NCBI GenBank assembly: GCA_048882045.1
Contig: JBHLRZ010000002.1
Coordinates: forward strand, 32,001 to 96,000
Source of the DNA: Candidatus Thorarchaeota archaeon
GTDB taxonomy: Archaea; Asgardarchaeota; Thorarchaeia; Thorarchaeales; Thorarchaeaceae
Length of the DNA stretch: 64,000 bases
Direction: 5' to 3'
Shown: piece after piece, positions 37,361 through 47,876 of the stretch
How positions within the stretch are numbered: position 1 is the stretch's first letter
Layout: each line of letters starts with the position of its first letter
The notes under the pieces: model-generated
What the model saw: the letters and a program-made list of their open reading frames with translations, nothing else
The model's database searches: none
Told to the model about the DNA's origin: nothing
Made by a program: the position numbers and the translations under genes

Positions 37361-39445
37361 CTAGCTTTGAGAATGTCTAATCTTGCCCTCTCTTGGACTG
37401 TAGAGTATCCCGTCTTCACGTAATTTCTCGATGACCTTTTCAGCTCTTTCAGGAGATAGACCCATCGATACACATCTCTGAATTAGAGCATCGATGTTTA
37501 CTGTGGATGTACCCTCAGCCTCCATGTCACGAAGTGCCTTAATGATGATGTCAGATGAGCTTCTCTGTTCAGCACTCATTCTGGAAACCTGACGATCGAT
37601 GTCGATTCTGCCTGTTATTCTATCCAAGGCCACCATTCGTAGAGATTCTTCCATTAGGCGGACTGCAGCTCTGGCATCTTCCTTATTGACTTCGGATCTA
37701 AGTGCCATTCTTGCACGAGCTTCTGCTAGACGTACTAGAGATTCGAGCTGTCGAGCAGTGATTGGTATTGCGCCTCCACCCTCCGCACTCTTCCTGAGGT
37801 CGACATAGAAGTTCTCAATGACTTCTGCAGCCTCAGCAGTGAGTTGTGGAAACACGTTAAGATTAGCATATCCGATATACTTCTTCAGAAAGTCTGGCGA
37901 TATTGGTGGCAACGCACCTTGATCTTGTATTTTCTTCATTTGGTGCATGTCTAAGATAAACTTGGCCAGCTCACGATCTTGGTCCACATTCACAGTATCG
38001 ACCATAATCCAAATCAGATCAAATCTTGAAAGAATTGTGAATGGTAATCTGATATTTTCTTGGAGAGTAAGTGAGTCCTCATAGCGACCCAGAGTTGGGT
38101 TAGCAGCAGCAAGGATTGATGTTCTTGCGTTGAGTGTAGCCACAATTCCTGCCTTTGCAATACTGACAGTATGTTGTTCCATTGCCTCATGTATTGCTGT
38201 ACGATCATTAGGGTCCATTTTGTCGAACTCATCGATACAAGCTATTCCCTGATCTGCTAGTACAAGGGCTCCAGCCTCAAGAGTCATTGCGCTGGAATCT
38301 GTGTCATGAACAACAGCTGCAGTTAGACCAGCGGCAGTCGTACCCTTTCCAGAGGTGTACAATCCTCGAGCAGCCAGTCCAGCAACAAACTTGAGTATCT
38401 GGCTCTTGCCTGTTCCGGGGTCTCCAATCATCAATATGTTAGATTTTCCTCTCAAACGAGTTCCATCTGAGAGAAGCTTTGGCACGCCTCCGAACAACAG
38501 GAGGGCAATTGACTCTTTGATATCATCATGTCCCTGAATGGAGGGTGCGATAGATGCATGGATCCGCTCATGAACTTGCTGATGTTGGGAAAGTTCTTCT
38601 ATGCGTTTGATGTCCTCCTCGGAAATCTGAAGTTGTTCATACTCCTTCTCAGAGATTTCAACACCGTTTGCTTCTATGAAAACGTTGAACGTCGCCAGCT
38701 TTCCACCTCTTCTAGAAAAATCTGGAGTTGTCTGGAGAATTCCTGTTACCTTGACCAAATCTCCAGGTCGAGAAATGTCAACGATATCGCCCTCCAAGAT
38801 TACATCCACTGAACGAGGCATCTGCCCCGGAGGAAGCTCTTCTGGCGATTCCTGAATTCTAACTTTCTGCCAGTCTTTAAACTGTGACTTTTGAGGTACA
38901 AGCCGCATTGGCGTTTTCTTCGTACAAACGGGACATAATGCAGGTTCTGTGTATTTGCCTTCATCCTGATCTTGAGGAATTTCAGATTGACAGATTCGAC
39001 ATACAAAAACAGCTTTCACAAGTAAAGGTTTGACCTCACTGGCACGCATCATGATTCCACTGATGTGAATCAATTTTCCAATATGCCGAGACCGTATCGT
39101 ACGGAGTGGGACATGTTCTGGGTATCCTATGAACCGAGTCTTGATGACACTAGTATCGATTAGACTATTGACATAGTCGGGATCTTCAATCCGCAGCACA
39201 GAAACCAATGCATTATTGACCATATCCAAGAATCTCTTTGGGTCTTCGGCAGCAATTGCCATGAACACATTATCGAAACTTGTAAGATCCTGAAAGTTTA
39301 CGGTTAATGAAACCTCATCATTGATAGACATCTGTTGAACTTTAGTCCAATAGGCGGAGTTTCCTTGTTCATCCTTAAAGGTCCTCAGAAACTCCTCGAA
39401 CCTTTCTTGTTCGTCATACCCAGACATCTTTCTTTGCCTCGACAT
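37361..39445 (-). CDS. mcm: MCM replicative helicase
   Basis: C4 Zn finger, GDPGTGKSQ, IDEFDKM, SRFD, ITARQLE; no intein. Confidence 0.98.
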   Translation of the reverse strand: MSRQRKMSGYDEQERFEEFLRTFKDEQGNSAYWTKVQQMSINDEVSLTVNFQDLTSFDNVFMAIAAEDPKRFLDMVNNALVSVLRIEDPDYVNSLIDTSVIKTRFIGYPEHVPLRTIRSRHIGKLIHISGIMMRASEVKPLLVKAVFVCRICQSEIPQDQDEGKYTEPALCPVCTKKTPMRLVPQKSQFKDWQKVRIQESPEELPPGQMPRSVDVILEGDIVDISRPGDLVKVTGILQTTPDFSRRGGKLATFNVFIEANGVEISEKEYEQLQISEEDIKRIEELSQHQQVHERIHASIAPSIQGHDDIKESIALLLFGGVPKLLSDGTRLRGKSNILMIGDPGTGKSQILKFVAGLAARGLYTSGKGTTAAGLTAAVVHDTDSSAMTLEAGALVLADQGIACIDEFDKMDPNDRTAIHEAMEQHTVSIAKAGIVATLNARTSILAAANPTLGRYEDSLTLQENIRLPFTILSRFDLIWIMVDTVNVDQDRELAKFILDMHQMKKIQDQGALPPISPDFLKKYIGYANLNVFPQLTAEAAEVIENFYVDLRKSAEGGGAIPITARQLESLVRLAEARARMALRSEVNKEDARAAVRLMEESLRMVALDRITGRIDIDRQVSRMSAEQRSSSDIIIKALRDMEAEGTSTVNIDALIQRCVSMGLSPERAEKVIEKLREDGILYSPREGKIRHSQS

Positions 39446-39511
39446 CCTTTATTTTGTGTTCAGTTTTTTGTTCCTTAGAGTTCATATTTAATGGACACTA
39501 TTACGCTCACC

Positions 39512-40081
39512 CTATTCCAAAATGTTTTGGCGCCATCCAGAAAGAAGTTCTATTAGCTCCTCACAGAGCCATCGCTCTTCATATGCCATTTGTTTTCGTT
39601 TTTCTTGATAAGCACCTGATTTAGCTACACGCAAGATTTTGGAAAGTCTGGTTTCCACCAGAAAAGGAACCATTCGCTGTAGTTTTTCAATCTCTTCGTA
39701 TTTACGTGGATCCATAGATGTTCTGTCACTCTGAAGACGAAGTAGCTTTCTTCCGAAGGCAGTATACAGGAAGGGTTGAAATGTTTGTAGTTTGTGAGGT
39801 TGTTTTTCTTCCTCTCGATAAAGGTTCTGAAGACGTCTTACAGAATCATAGGCATCTTCTGGAGCAATATCCACCACGTCATGGATTAATAGTTTTTCAA
39901 TCACCCAATTCGGAAGGTTTGCTCTGTCACCCTTTTTGAATGGGCCTAATTTTTGTCCACTCACGTCGAGACCTGGAAGGGATTTCTGAAAGATACATTC
40001 CCGGACTTCATTGAGGAACAACATATCAAACCGTTTCATCACATCATTTGCTTCACTACACAGCTTCATGAGTTCCCACAT
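39512..40081 (-). CDS. GINS23-like subunit
   Basis: GPFKKGDRANLPNW B-domain, RLSKILR, EERWL; directly upstream of mcm as is typical. Confidence 0.8.
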   Translation of the reverse strand: MWELMKLCSEANDVMKRFDMLFLNEVRECIFQKSLPGLDVSGQKLGPFKKGDRANLPNWVIEKLLIHDVVDIAPEDAYDSVRRLQNLYREEEKQPHKLQTFQPFLYTAFGRKLLRLQSDRTSMDPRKYEEIEKLQRMVPFLVETRLSKILRVAKSGAYQEKRKQMAYEERWLCEELIELLSGWRQNILE

Positions 40082-40237
40082 CTCAGTCAGTATTATCAGA
40101 GATAAAGGCCTTGCTCTTTAATAACGAGCCAATAGTGATTATGTGTGAAAAGCTTTCAAAGCATATCTAAACTGTCAGAGAATCTTTTAAGGCGTCGTGG
40201 ATGTGTCGTGCCAGATTCTGACATAGCTTGACTGAAA

Positions 40238-41212
40238 ATGGAAGGAGTATCAATGGATCTTGATTTGTGGACTGAAAAATACCGACCACCAACTTTGAGT
40301 GGAATAATTGGTCAGGAATCGGTGATTGATAGCCTGAAGAAATTCGTTGAGAACAGAGCTGTGCCACACTGTCTATTCTCGGGACCTCCAGGAACTAGTA
40401 AGACCACCGCAGCAATGGCAATGGCAAGAGACCTCTTTGGTGATACATTTAATCGAAATTTCATGGAACTCAATGCAAGTGATGAAAGAGGAATTGATGT
40501 CGTTAGAAACCAGATCAAGAATTTTGCAAGAACAATGCCTTCTGGAGATGCTCCATTTAAGATATTAGTTCTCGATGAAGCTGATCACCTTACTGCAGAT
40601 GCCCAGCATGCTCTTCGACGAACGATGGAGTCGTTTGCAGTCTCATGTAGAATGGTGTTGATTTGTAACTATTCAAGTAGAATTATACCCCCAATCCAGT
40701 CCAGATGTGCAATCTTCCGTTTTTCAAGACTGAGTGATGAAGATATCTCTGGTCGACTCAAGTTTGTCGCCAAGAAAGAAAGCGTAGACCTCACAGCAGC
40801 AGGCAACAAGGCAATTCTGTATCTCGCAGAAGGTGATATGAGAGCAGCTTTGAACCTTCTGCAGGCTGCATCATCTACTGGAGAAAAAGTGACAGACGAA
40901 ATTGTATACTCCATCTCAGGAAGAGCGAATCCTGAAACAATTAAACAAATGTTAGTTGATGCGCAGGAAGGAAGGTATGTCGACTCCCTAGAGAGTCTTA
41001 GAAATCTAATCTACCAACAAGGAGTTTCTCCTGTTGATCTTGTAAAGCAGATGCATCGGGAAGTTGATAGTCTTGGTCTTGAATCTCACAAAAGAATGGA
41101 TATCTTAGAGCACACTGCAGAGATAGAGTTTCGTGTAGGAGAGGGTGCAAACGGAGAGATTCAGCTGGCATCGCTTCTAGCGCGAATAGGAACTGGTAGT
41201 GAGTCCGAATGA
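40238..41212 (+). CDS. rfcS: Replication factor C small subunit
   Basis: WTEKYRP, ELNASDERG, LDEAD, IQSRC. Confidence 0.97.
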   Translation: MEGVSMDLDLWTEKYRPPTLSGIIGQESVIDSLKKFVENRAVPHCLFSGPPGTSKTTAAMAMARDLFGDTFNRNFMELNASDERGIDVVRNQIKNFARTMPSGDAPFKILVLDEADHLTADAQHALRRTMESFAVSCRMVLICNYSSRIIPPIQSRCAIFRFSRLSDEDISGRLKFVAKKESVDLTAAGNKAILYLAEGDMRAALNLLQAASSTGEKVTDEIVYSISGRANPETIKQMLVDAQEGRYVDSLESLRNLIYQQGVSPVDLVKQMHREVDSLGLESHKRMDILEHTAEIEFRVGEGANGEIQLASLLARIGTGSESE

Positions 41213-42420
41213 AAGATAATTTGCCTTGGGTTGAAAAATATCGACCAAAACATCTCAGTGACGTGGTTGGAAATTCAGAATCAGTCAAGGCATTGAATAA
41301 TTGGATAGAATCTTGGGCATCAGGAATATCAAATAAGAGAGCTGCTCTTCTCATTGGTCCTCCAGGTACAGGAAAAACTGCATCGGTGGGTGCCATTTCA
41401 AATGATCTTGACATGGAATTGGTCGAATTCAATTCCAGTGACAAAAGGAACAAGGATAGTATTGAAACTCTTGTTTGGCGAGCTGCTTCACAGATGACTC
41501 TGGATGGCCGAAACAGACTCATACTCTTGGATGAGGTCGACGGTCTTTCAGGTACTAGTGATAGAGGAGGAGTTGGAGCAATCCTGAAGGTAATCAAGGA
41601 TGCCGTACACCCGATTGTCATGACTGCAAACGATCCAGAGAGCCCAAGAATCAAAGACCTATTCAAAGTGTGTCAGGTATTCAACTTTGGTTTCATTGAT
41701 AATGACGACATGATGTTAGTCCTGAAACGGGTTTTGTCAGAGAACAAGGAAACTCTGGATACCGACATTCTTGAGGACATCATTGAGAATGCGGGAGGAG
41801 ACCTCCGAGCTGCAATTTCGGACTTGGAGTCACAAGTTCGGGGTGGTTCAACATCTCTGGTCAATATGTCTTCTAGGGACATCAGACGGGGTACAGAAGA
41901 AACCCTGAGACATCTTTTCGCATCAAATGACCCAAAGATGGCTAGGAGGATATTATCGGAATCAGAGCTCACTCACGACTCCTTGATTCTTTGGCTGGAA
42001 GAGAATCTACATCTCCATTTACTTTCGTCTGAAGAGCTAAATGAGGGGTTGGAAGGTCTATCTCTTGCAGATGTATCACTTGGTAGAATAATGAGAAACC
42101 AGAATTGGAAGCTTCTAGCATACTTCTATGAATTTTTAGCTACTGGAGTTGCAATGAGTAGGAAAGTAACACCTTTCCGGAGGGTTGAATATTCACAGCC
42201 TACTTGGCCAATGCTTGTTTGGCAGGGCAATAGAAAACGAGACAAACAGGTTTCTATTGGAAACGCACTTGGACCTTATGCAGGGGTATCGAAAAGACGT
42301 ATTCGCCAAACCCATCTTGATACAATTCAACAGATAATTAGAATCAATCCTCAATCTCTGAATCAGTTTGTTTCTTGGTTGAAGGTTGAGAAGTCATTAT
42401 TGGTTCAGAGAAAAAAGTGA
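41209..42420 (+). CDS. rfcL: Replication factor C large subunit
   Basis: PWVEKYRP, GPPGTGKT, LDEVDG, GDLRAAI. Confidence 0.95.
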   Translation: MKDNLPWVEKYRPKHLSDVVGNSESVKALNNWIESWASGISNKRAALLIGPPGTGKTASVGAISNDLDMELVEFNSSDKRNKDSIETLVWRAASQMTLDGRNRLILLDEVDGLSGTSDRGGVGAILKVIKDAVHPIVMTANDPESPRIKDLFKVCQVFNFGFIDNDDMMLVLKRVLSENKETLDTDILEDIIENAGGDLRAAISDLESQVRGGSTSLVNMSSRDIRRGTEETLRHLFASNDPKMARRILSESELTHDSLILWLEENLHLHLLSSEELNEGLEGLSLADVSLGRIMRNQNWKLLAYFYEFLATGVAMSRKVTPFRRVEYSQPTWPMLVWQGNRKRDKQVSIGNALGPYAGVSKRRIRQTHLDTIQQIIRINPQSLNQFVSWLKVEKSLLVQRKK

Positions 42421-43213
42421 TGACATTTTCCAGCGTCCTCATTGACCGATCATAGTAATCAAATCTTTCTTTTAGAATAACTATAATCTTACGAATTGCA
42501 TATCTACTCGTACGAAACTTCAGAGGAACTATCGATTCAACCAAGACCAGATTCTCAGGAGGAGCAGGTCTTATTCCGCTTGGTATCGTCGCTCTTCCTG
42601 TGAGAATGCTCTCAATCTCATCAGATCCGATTTCCCCAGATCCAACATCTAATAATAGAGTGATGATTTTACGAACTAATTTCCACAGAAATCGGGTTCC
42701 GAATATATCAAGCCAAAATCCATTCTCACTCTGTTGGAGGGACATGTTGAGAATTGTAGTTGTAGTGTTCCGACCGTCGTCTGGCTTGGAAAGATGATTG
42801 AAGTCATTTGAGCCAATCAATAAGTTGATAGCGTCCTTAACTGCACTGAGATTTAGTGCTTCCCAAGAATTTGGAAGATAGTATCGATAATGACGCATTA
42901 GCACACTGTAACGTGGTTTGAAATCAATAGGCGCCTCTACAGAGGCCCACAATTTGATATCTTCTGGGAGGTGTTTATTGATTTTGTCAACATCGATTTC
43001 TTCGCTCGTACGCACCATCACTAACTGACCTATACTATGAACACCTCTGTCGGTTCTTCCTGAAAGTCGAATTGTTTGAGGAGTATGTGTTTCTTTGCTC
43101 CAATTAGATATTGCATCAATCAGTTTTCCTTGGACAGTATCCATCCCAGGTTGGTACTGGGAACCGTGGTATCTGTCACCAAGATAGAACAGACGTGCTA
43201 GATACTCAGTCAT
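42344..43213 (-). CDS. truA: tRNA pseudouridine(38-40) synthase
   Basis: YHGSQYQP, SGRTDRGVH, RHYRY, FLWKLVR, APPENL. Confidence 0.92.
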   Translation of the reverse strand: MTEYLARLFYLGDRYHGSQYQPGMDTVQGKLIDAISNWSKETHTPQTIRLSGRTDRGVHSIGQLVMVRTSEEIDVDKINKHLPEDIKLWASVEAPIDFKPRYSVLMRHYRYYLPNSWEALNLSAVKDAINLLIGSNDFNHLSKPDDGRNTTTTILNMSLQQSENGFWLDIFGTRFLWKLVRKIITLLLDVGSGEIGSDEIESILTGRATIPSGIRPAPPENLVLVESIVPLKFRTSRYAIRKIIVILKERFDYYDRSMRTLENVITFFSEPIMTSQPSTKKQTDSEIED

Positions 43214-43214
43214 A

Positions 43215-43517
43215 TCATGACTCCCATAGATTGAACAGGCTTTTCAGCGACCGTGCTCTTAAGTCCTCAATCCTGTACCGATAAATCTTGATTCTCGCAC
43301 CTCTGTATGTCTTCTCTTCAACTAGACCCGATTTAATCAATACCCTAAGATGTGATTTCGTTGAACTGTGATTGAGATCCACCTCTCTACATAGCTCAGA
43401 GATTGGTAGCTCATTATGCTTGGCTTTGGCTAATGCCTTGAGTATTTTGATTCGTCCACGTGATGAGAATATATCCTCTATTGGAACAGTTTCAGGATTC
43501 ATTTTGTTTTCACACAA
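43215..43517 (-). CDS. ArsR-like winged-helix protein downstream of cdc6
   Basis: IFSSRGRIKILK..ISELCREVDLNH..HL..L..GLVEE. Confidence 0.85.
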   Translation of the reverse strand: MCENKMNPETVPIEDIFSSRGRIKILKALAKAKHNELPISELCREVDLNHSSTKSHLRVLIKSGLVEEKTYRGARIKIYRYRIEDLRARSLKSLFNLWES

Positions 43518-44721
43518 CCTTCTTTGTTGAATCGAGCAGACCAGATAGGAACTGTTCTAACATTTCTGCGGGAACTTCTGAAAAACCAATGAGAGTTGTC
43601 TGACCTCTCTGACCCATACCAGATTTTTTAGCATCGATTATTCCGTGAGCATTGAGATCTTGCACCCACTCCCAAATCTGAGTATGAGCCCTTGGTTCTT
43701 CGGAGTATTCTTCACACACAGACCGATACATTTCCTCGACTTCACCTATTGTGATATAGGCACTACGAATTTCTCTGAGTTGTCTTGCTGCAGCTAAGAG
43801 AAACAGCTTGTGTTGGATGGGCAAAGTAGCAAAGATCTCTTTTCTCAATTCAGGATGAGTATCAGTCTTGGCACGTCTTGCATAATCTGGAATTATTATA
43901 TTCTTCTGGTCGCGATCTGCACTTTTTCCAGCTCTCCATAGGAGCTCGATAGCATATCTTGCATCTCCGTGTTCTGAGGCAATGTCACATATGACTTGAA
44001 TTGTTTCATCCATTACCGCATTTTTCACGAATGCCATCTCAACACGGTCTTGTAGAATATCATGAAGCGCTTCTCGATTGTATCTAGTGAATCGTAGAAT
44101 GTTTCGTTGAAGTGTACTGAGTGTGCTTGCGTCAAGAATTTCGTCATCCAGTGGGATCTTTCGACCGATTCCAATGATAGATAGCCGTTGGGTTGCATTC
44201 AGCCGGTCGTCCATGATTCGGGTCAAATCATAGAGAATATCTGCACCTCTCTGTCTGATGAAATAGTCTAGCTCATCTAGAATCAGAAGAAGATATCTGT
44301 CCTCCTCATCGAGAACTTCAATCAACATCTGAAGCAACTCGTCAGGAGAATGTCCACGTCTTGGAAACTTTGGTTTGAACTCCCTCAACGCTCGAAGAAA
44401 AACAAGATAGGCGGTCTTATTGACTCGACAATTGATATGTATACTGTGAAGTCTGATGTTACGTCGCTTGGCCGCTTGAATCATCTGTTCAGAGAAACGC
44501 TTTGCTACCGCGGTCTTCCCGGTACCCACTGGTCCTTCAATAATGAACTTATGACTTGTGCGACCTGGTGAACTAATTAGCGTCTTGAAGCTTTGAACTA
44601 GAGTTCGAATCTCAGTCTGTCTATGTGGAAGACTTTCTGGAACATAGTCTATAGATAGGAACTGTTCTGATTTGAAAACACTACTTTTACTGAGCTCATC
44701 CTCGATATAGTCGTGTGACAT
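43510..44721 (-). CDS. cdc6: Orc1/Cdc6 replication initiator
   Basis: YVPESLPHR, GPVGTGKT, HINC, ILDELD, GDARYAIELL, C-terminal wH with GQRGQTT. Confidence 0.97.
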   Translation of the reverse strand: MSHDYIEDELSKSSVFKSEQFLSIDYVPESLPHRQTEIRTLVQSFKTLISSPGRTSHKFIIEGPVGTGKTAVAKRFSEQMIQAAKRRNIRLHSIHINCRVNKTAYLVFLRALREFKPKFPRRGHSPDELLQMLIEVLDEEDRYLLLILDELDYFIRQRGADILYDLTRIMDDRLNATQRLSIIGIGRKIPLDDEILDASTLSTLQRNILRFTRYNREALHDILQDRVEMAFVKNAVMDETIQVICDIASEHGDARYAIELLWRAGKSADRDQKNIIIPDYARRAKTDTHPELRKEIFATLPIQHKLFLLAAARQLREIRSAYITIGEVEEMYRSVCEEYSEEPRAHTQIWEWVQDLNAHGIIDAKKSGMGQRGQTTLIGFSEVPAEMLEQFLSGLLDSTKKVV

Positions 44722-44813
44722 AACACTCAGAAATCAGCTCTGATTATGCACCTTAAAAGGATTTGCGGATTGTACGATTAAAAGAACAATCACAGTGGAG
44801 GTTACCGAAAGTA

Positions 44814-44890
44814 TTGGCGAGCTCCTAACTCAAGATCCATATCATCGTCATTTCTGACTCATTGGGGTCATAGCAATCATCACTCGCCAA
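44814..44890 (-). ncRNA. Possible box C/D-like small RNA
   Basis: 8-bp terminal stem TTGGCGAG/CTCGCCAA enclosing GTGATGA..ATGA..ATGACGA..TTGA; TTTAAG upstream. Confidence 0.25.
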
Positions 44891-45028
44891 CCCAATAGTT
44901 GTCTTTCCTCCCTTAAAGTTGACGACAAACAGTAGACAAACCATTTATACGACTAAAGGTGACTCCAACCGCAGTTCTGGAATGTTTGACATTCAATTGA
45001 TATAGGACAATATCTGAGGCTAGAGGTC

Positions 45029-46717
45029 TTGAGTTCAAATCAAAATAAGACAAAGTTCGTATTCATAACTGGTGGTGTCCTATCAGGCATAGGCAAGGGT
45101 GTAACAACAGCCTCAATTGCAAAGTTGTTCCAATTCCGTGGGTATGATATTCGAATAATCAAAATTGATCCCTACCTCAACATCGACCCAGGCACACTGA
45201 ATCCCATTGAACACGGAGAAGTCTTTGTGACAGATCAGACTTGGACATTCAGACCAGTCAGCGATTTCGAATTCAAAATCTCTGAAATTGACCTGGACTT
45301 CGGAACCTATGAGCGTTTTACAGGAATGGAAGTGCATCCATCTCAGAACATCACATCGGGACAAATCTACATATCTGTCATTCTAGAAGAGCGAAAGGGA
45401 GGTTTTCTTGGTCGGACTGTGCAGATAATTCCACATGTTACAGAACGCATTAAACAGAGGATATGGGAAGTTGTTGAAAAAGAACCAGTACCAGATGTCT
45501 TATTGGTCGAAATTGGCGGTACTGTTGGTGATATCGAAGCAAGTCCATTTCTTGAAGCTGTGAGGCAATTTGTCAGTGAACTAGGTCCTAAAAACACAGC
45601 AGTGGTTCATGTGACCCTCGTACCTTACATGAAGTCAGTAGGAGAGTTCAAAACCAAACCAACTCAGCATAGTGTTAGAACTCTTCAAAGTCTGGGGCTC
45701 CAACCTAATGTCATGATATGTAGAGCTGAGCAACCTCTTCCCGATTCAGCAAAAGAGAAGATTGCCCTGTTCTGTAATGTCCCCAGGGATCGGGTCATTT
45801 CGAATCCAGATATTCCTGTTATCTACCAGCTTCCACTGTCATTCGAAGATGAAGGATTAGGTACCACACTCATAGATCACTTTAGACTTGAACAGAGAGA
45901 GCCCAAGACCGAAACTTGGAAAAAGATGGTAAAATCGTTCGAGAACCTTTCTGAAAAAGTAGTTATTGCGATGCCAGGCAAATACACAACACTCGGTGAC
46001 TCTTACAAGAGTATCAACCAAGCACTGTCACATGCTTCTGCAGCGTGCGGTGCTCAGATCGAAATCAAATGGATTGAAACCGAGGAGAGGGCGACCGAAG
46101 AGTGTCTTACTGAGGACTTGTCTGGCGTGGATGGTGTTCTCCTCACACCAGGATTTGGAGAACGTGGTGTTGAAGGAATGATCTGTGCAGCCACTGTCAC
46201 ACTAGAATCCAAAATACCACTTCTGGGAATCTGCTATGGAGCTCAACTCTCCACAGTTGCATTTGCTCGTAACGTAATGGGCTGGAAAGGAGCACACACT
46301 ACCGAGGTGGATGTTGATAGTCTGTATCCTGTCGTGGATCTCATGGATGAACAGAAGCTCATGGAGGACAAGGGTGGTACTATGCGGCTCGGAGGTCATG
46401 ATGTAGTCATCGTCAAAGGCACTCGACTCCACGAAATATACAAGAAAGATATCGTTCATGAGAGGTTTCGCCATCGGTTCCATCTGATAGACCGATATCT
46501 AAACAAGATGGACGAGAAAGGTCTGAGAGTTTCAGCTCATGACTCAACTGGACACATCATCAATGCAATCGAACATGTAGATCATCCATTCTGGATAGGA
46601 GTTCAGTATCATCCTGAATTCAAATCAAGACCGGATGAGCCACATCCACTTTACTTGGGGCTAATAAGGGCAGCACTGGAATATAAGAAAGTGAGAGGGA
46701 AGACTAGTGGAACGTAA
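45029..46717 (+). CDS. pyrG: CTP synthase
   Basis: TGGVLSGIGKG, KIDPYLN, KTKPTQHSV, GICYG, QYHPEF. Confidence 0.98.
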   Translation: MSSNQNKTKFVFITGGVLSGIGKGVTTASIAKLFQFRGYDIRIIKIDPYLNIDPGTLNPIEHGEVFVTDQTWTFRPVSDFEFKISEIDLDFGTYERFTGMEVHPSQNITSGQIYISVILEERKGGFLGRTVQIIPHVTERIKQRIWEVVEKEPVPDVLLVEIGGTVGDIEASPFLEAVRQFVSELGPKNTAVVHVTLVPYMKSVGEFKTKPTQHSVRTLQSLGLQPNVMICRAEQPLPDSAKEKIALFCNVPRDRVISNPDIPVIYQLPLSFEDEGLGTTLIDHFRLEQREPKTETWKKMVKSFENLSEKVVIAMPGKYTTLGDSYKSINQALSHASAACGAQIEIKWIETEERATEECLTEDLSGVDGVLLTPGFGERGVEGMICAATVTLESKIPLLGICYGAQLSTVAFARNVMGWKGAHTTEVDVDSLYPVVDLMDEQKLMEDKGGTMRLGGHDVVIVKGTRLHEIYKKDIVHERFRHRFHLIDRYLNKMDEKGLRVSAHDSTGHIINAIEHVDHPFWIGVQYHPEFKSRPDEPHPLYLGLIRAALEYKKVRGKTSGT

Positions 46718-47873
46718 CCTCGATAAGATGTTGTCCAAGCTTGTTGAGGAAATCGAACATATTGAAGTCACAAGAAACCGATTTGGTGAGGTACTTCGAG
46801 AAGTCAAGAAGAAGATAGATCTTAGCAAATTCCCAGCTGTAGCATCCAACATACTTGACACTCAGCTTACTACGAAAATCGAACCTACAACTCTATCTGG
46901 ACTCAAAATTGTTGGTGTTGACGGGGGACTTGTCCGAAGACGTTTCAGATCCATGGACCTTGTATTGACGAGAGGGATTGCAGTCATATTCCATTTTGGT
47001 CCTGAAGAAGGTCCTGTTGTCGATTTCTTTCCTGATGCCTTTCCTGAGCCAAAAATCAGACCACTGATGCTTACATTATCAGGGAATGAGCTGGAACAAC
47101 TAGCATCGCTCGAGCGGATTGCAGCTGAACTTCGAGTAACACTATCAGTTCTGGATGAGTTCAGACCGTATCTCATTTTGATTGATGGGTCTCTAATTTA
47201 CCATCCACGAGACCGTCCACAAAGCGGATCTATAGTTTATGAGAAGTTTCAAGAGGTTCTCGCACTCTATAAGCAACTCTACAACAAAGCGAGGAAAAAA
47301 CAGACCATTCTTGTCGGGATAGTCAAGGATAGTAGGTCCACTAGAGTAGCCACAACCATGGGAGAGATACTGCCACACATCATTCGAAGACCTGAAATCT
47401 TCGAGCTGATGCAAGGCGTAGACTACAGATGGTTGTTGAAGATATCAAGAGACTGTGATCTTCTGGACACCTTTCTTGAAGAACAAGAGAGATCTTTTGT
47501 ATTTCGATATTCATCAGAACTGCCTTTCAGTACAAATAGCATTGCAGACGATCTCTCAGTCTGGGCATCATCTATCTGGGTGACCTATCTTAAAACTGCG
47601 CGTGACGACTTACCACTACGAATTGAGTATCTTTCAGATAATGATGAGGACATAAATGTATCAAAACTCAATGCTGCCTTGTCCGCGATTCTCCCTCTCT
47701 CTTCACAACACCCAGAATATGGTATCCCAACACCCATCCTAGAAGCTGATGCCAGAGCTAAGATTACTACCAATGAAACAAGCTTGATCATCGACAGACT
47801 CATGGCATTATCTGGACTGACCTATATGTCTCTTGAAAAGAGAAGATCACGCAATCCCTTTGGAGGTGGTTAG
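46707..47873 (+). CDS. nurA: NurA 5'-3' nuclease
   Basis: GVDGG, IDGSL, GIVKDS, YGIP..ILEAD..A; upstream of herA. Confidence 0.88.
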   Translation: MERNLDKMLSKLVEEIEHIEVTRNRFGEVLREVKKKIDLSKFPAVASNILDTQLTTKIEPTTLSGLKIVGVDGGLVRRRFRSMDLVLTRGIAVIFHFGPEEGPVVDFFPDAFPEPKIRPLMLTLSGNELEQLASLERIAAELRVTLSVLDEFRPYLILIDGSLIYHPRDRPQSGSIVYEKFQEVLALYKQLYNKARKKQTILVGIVKDSRSTRVATTMGEILPHIIRRPEIFELMQGVDYRWLLKISRDCDLLDTFLEEQERSFVFRYSSELPFSTNSIADDLSVWASSIWVTYLKTARDDLPLRIEYLSDNDEDINVSKLNAALSAILPLSSQHPEYGIPTPILEADARAKITTNETSLIIDRLMALSGLTYMSLEKRRSRNPFGGG

Positions 47874-47876
47874 AGA

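Noticed and set aside
40998-41972. 222-aa and 99-aa minus ORFs, and many similar antisense ORFs in the track
   Set aside because: Antisense shadows of conserved genes (here rfcS/rfcL).
37361-42420. Inteins in MCM/RFC; RFC-S Walker A variant GPPGTSKT; RFC-L lacking a C-terminal PIP box
   Set aside because: Protein lengths are normal, so no inteins. The single-motif deviations cannot be interpreted without an alignment.
44722-45028. Replication origin adjacent to cdc6
   Set aside because: No TTCCAnTGGAAA/G-string ORB found in this intergenic region.
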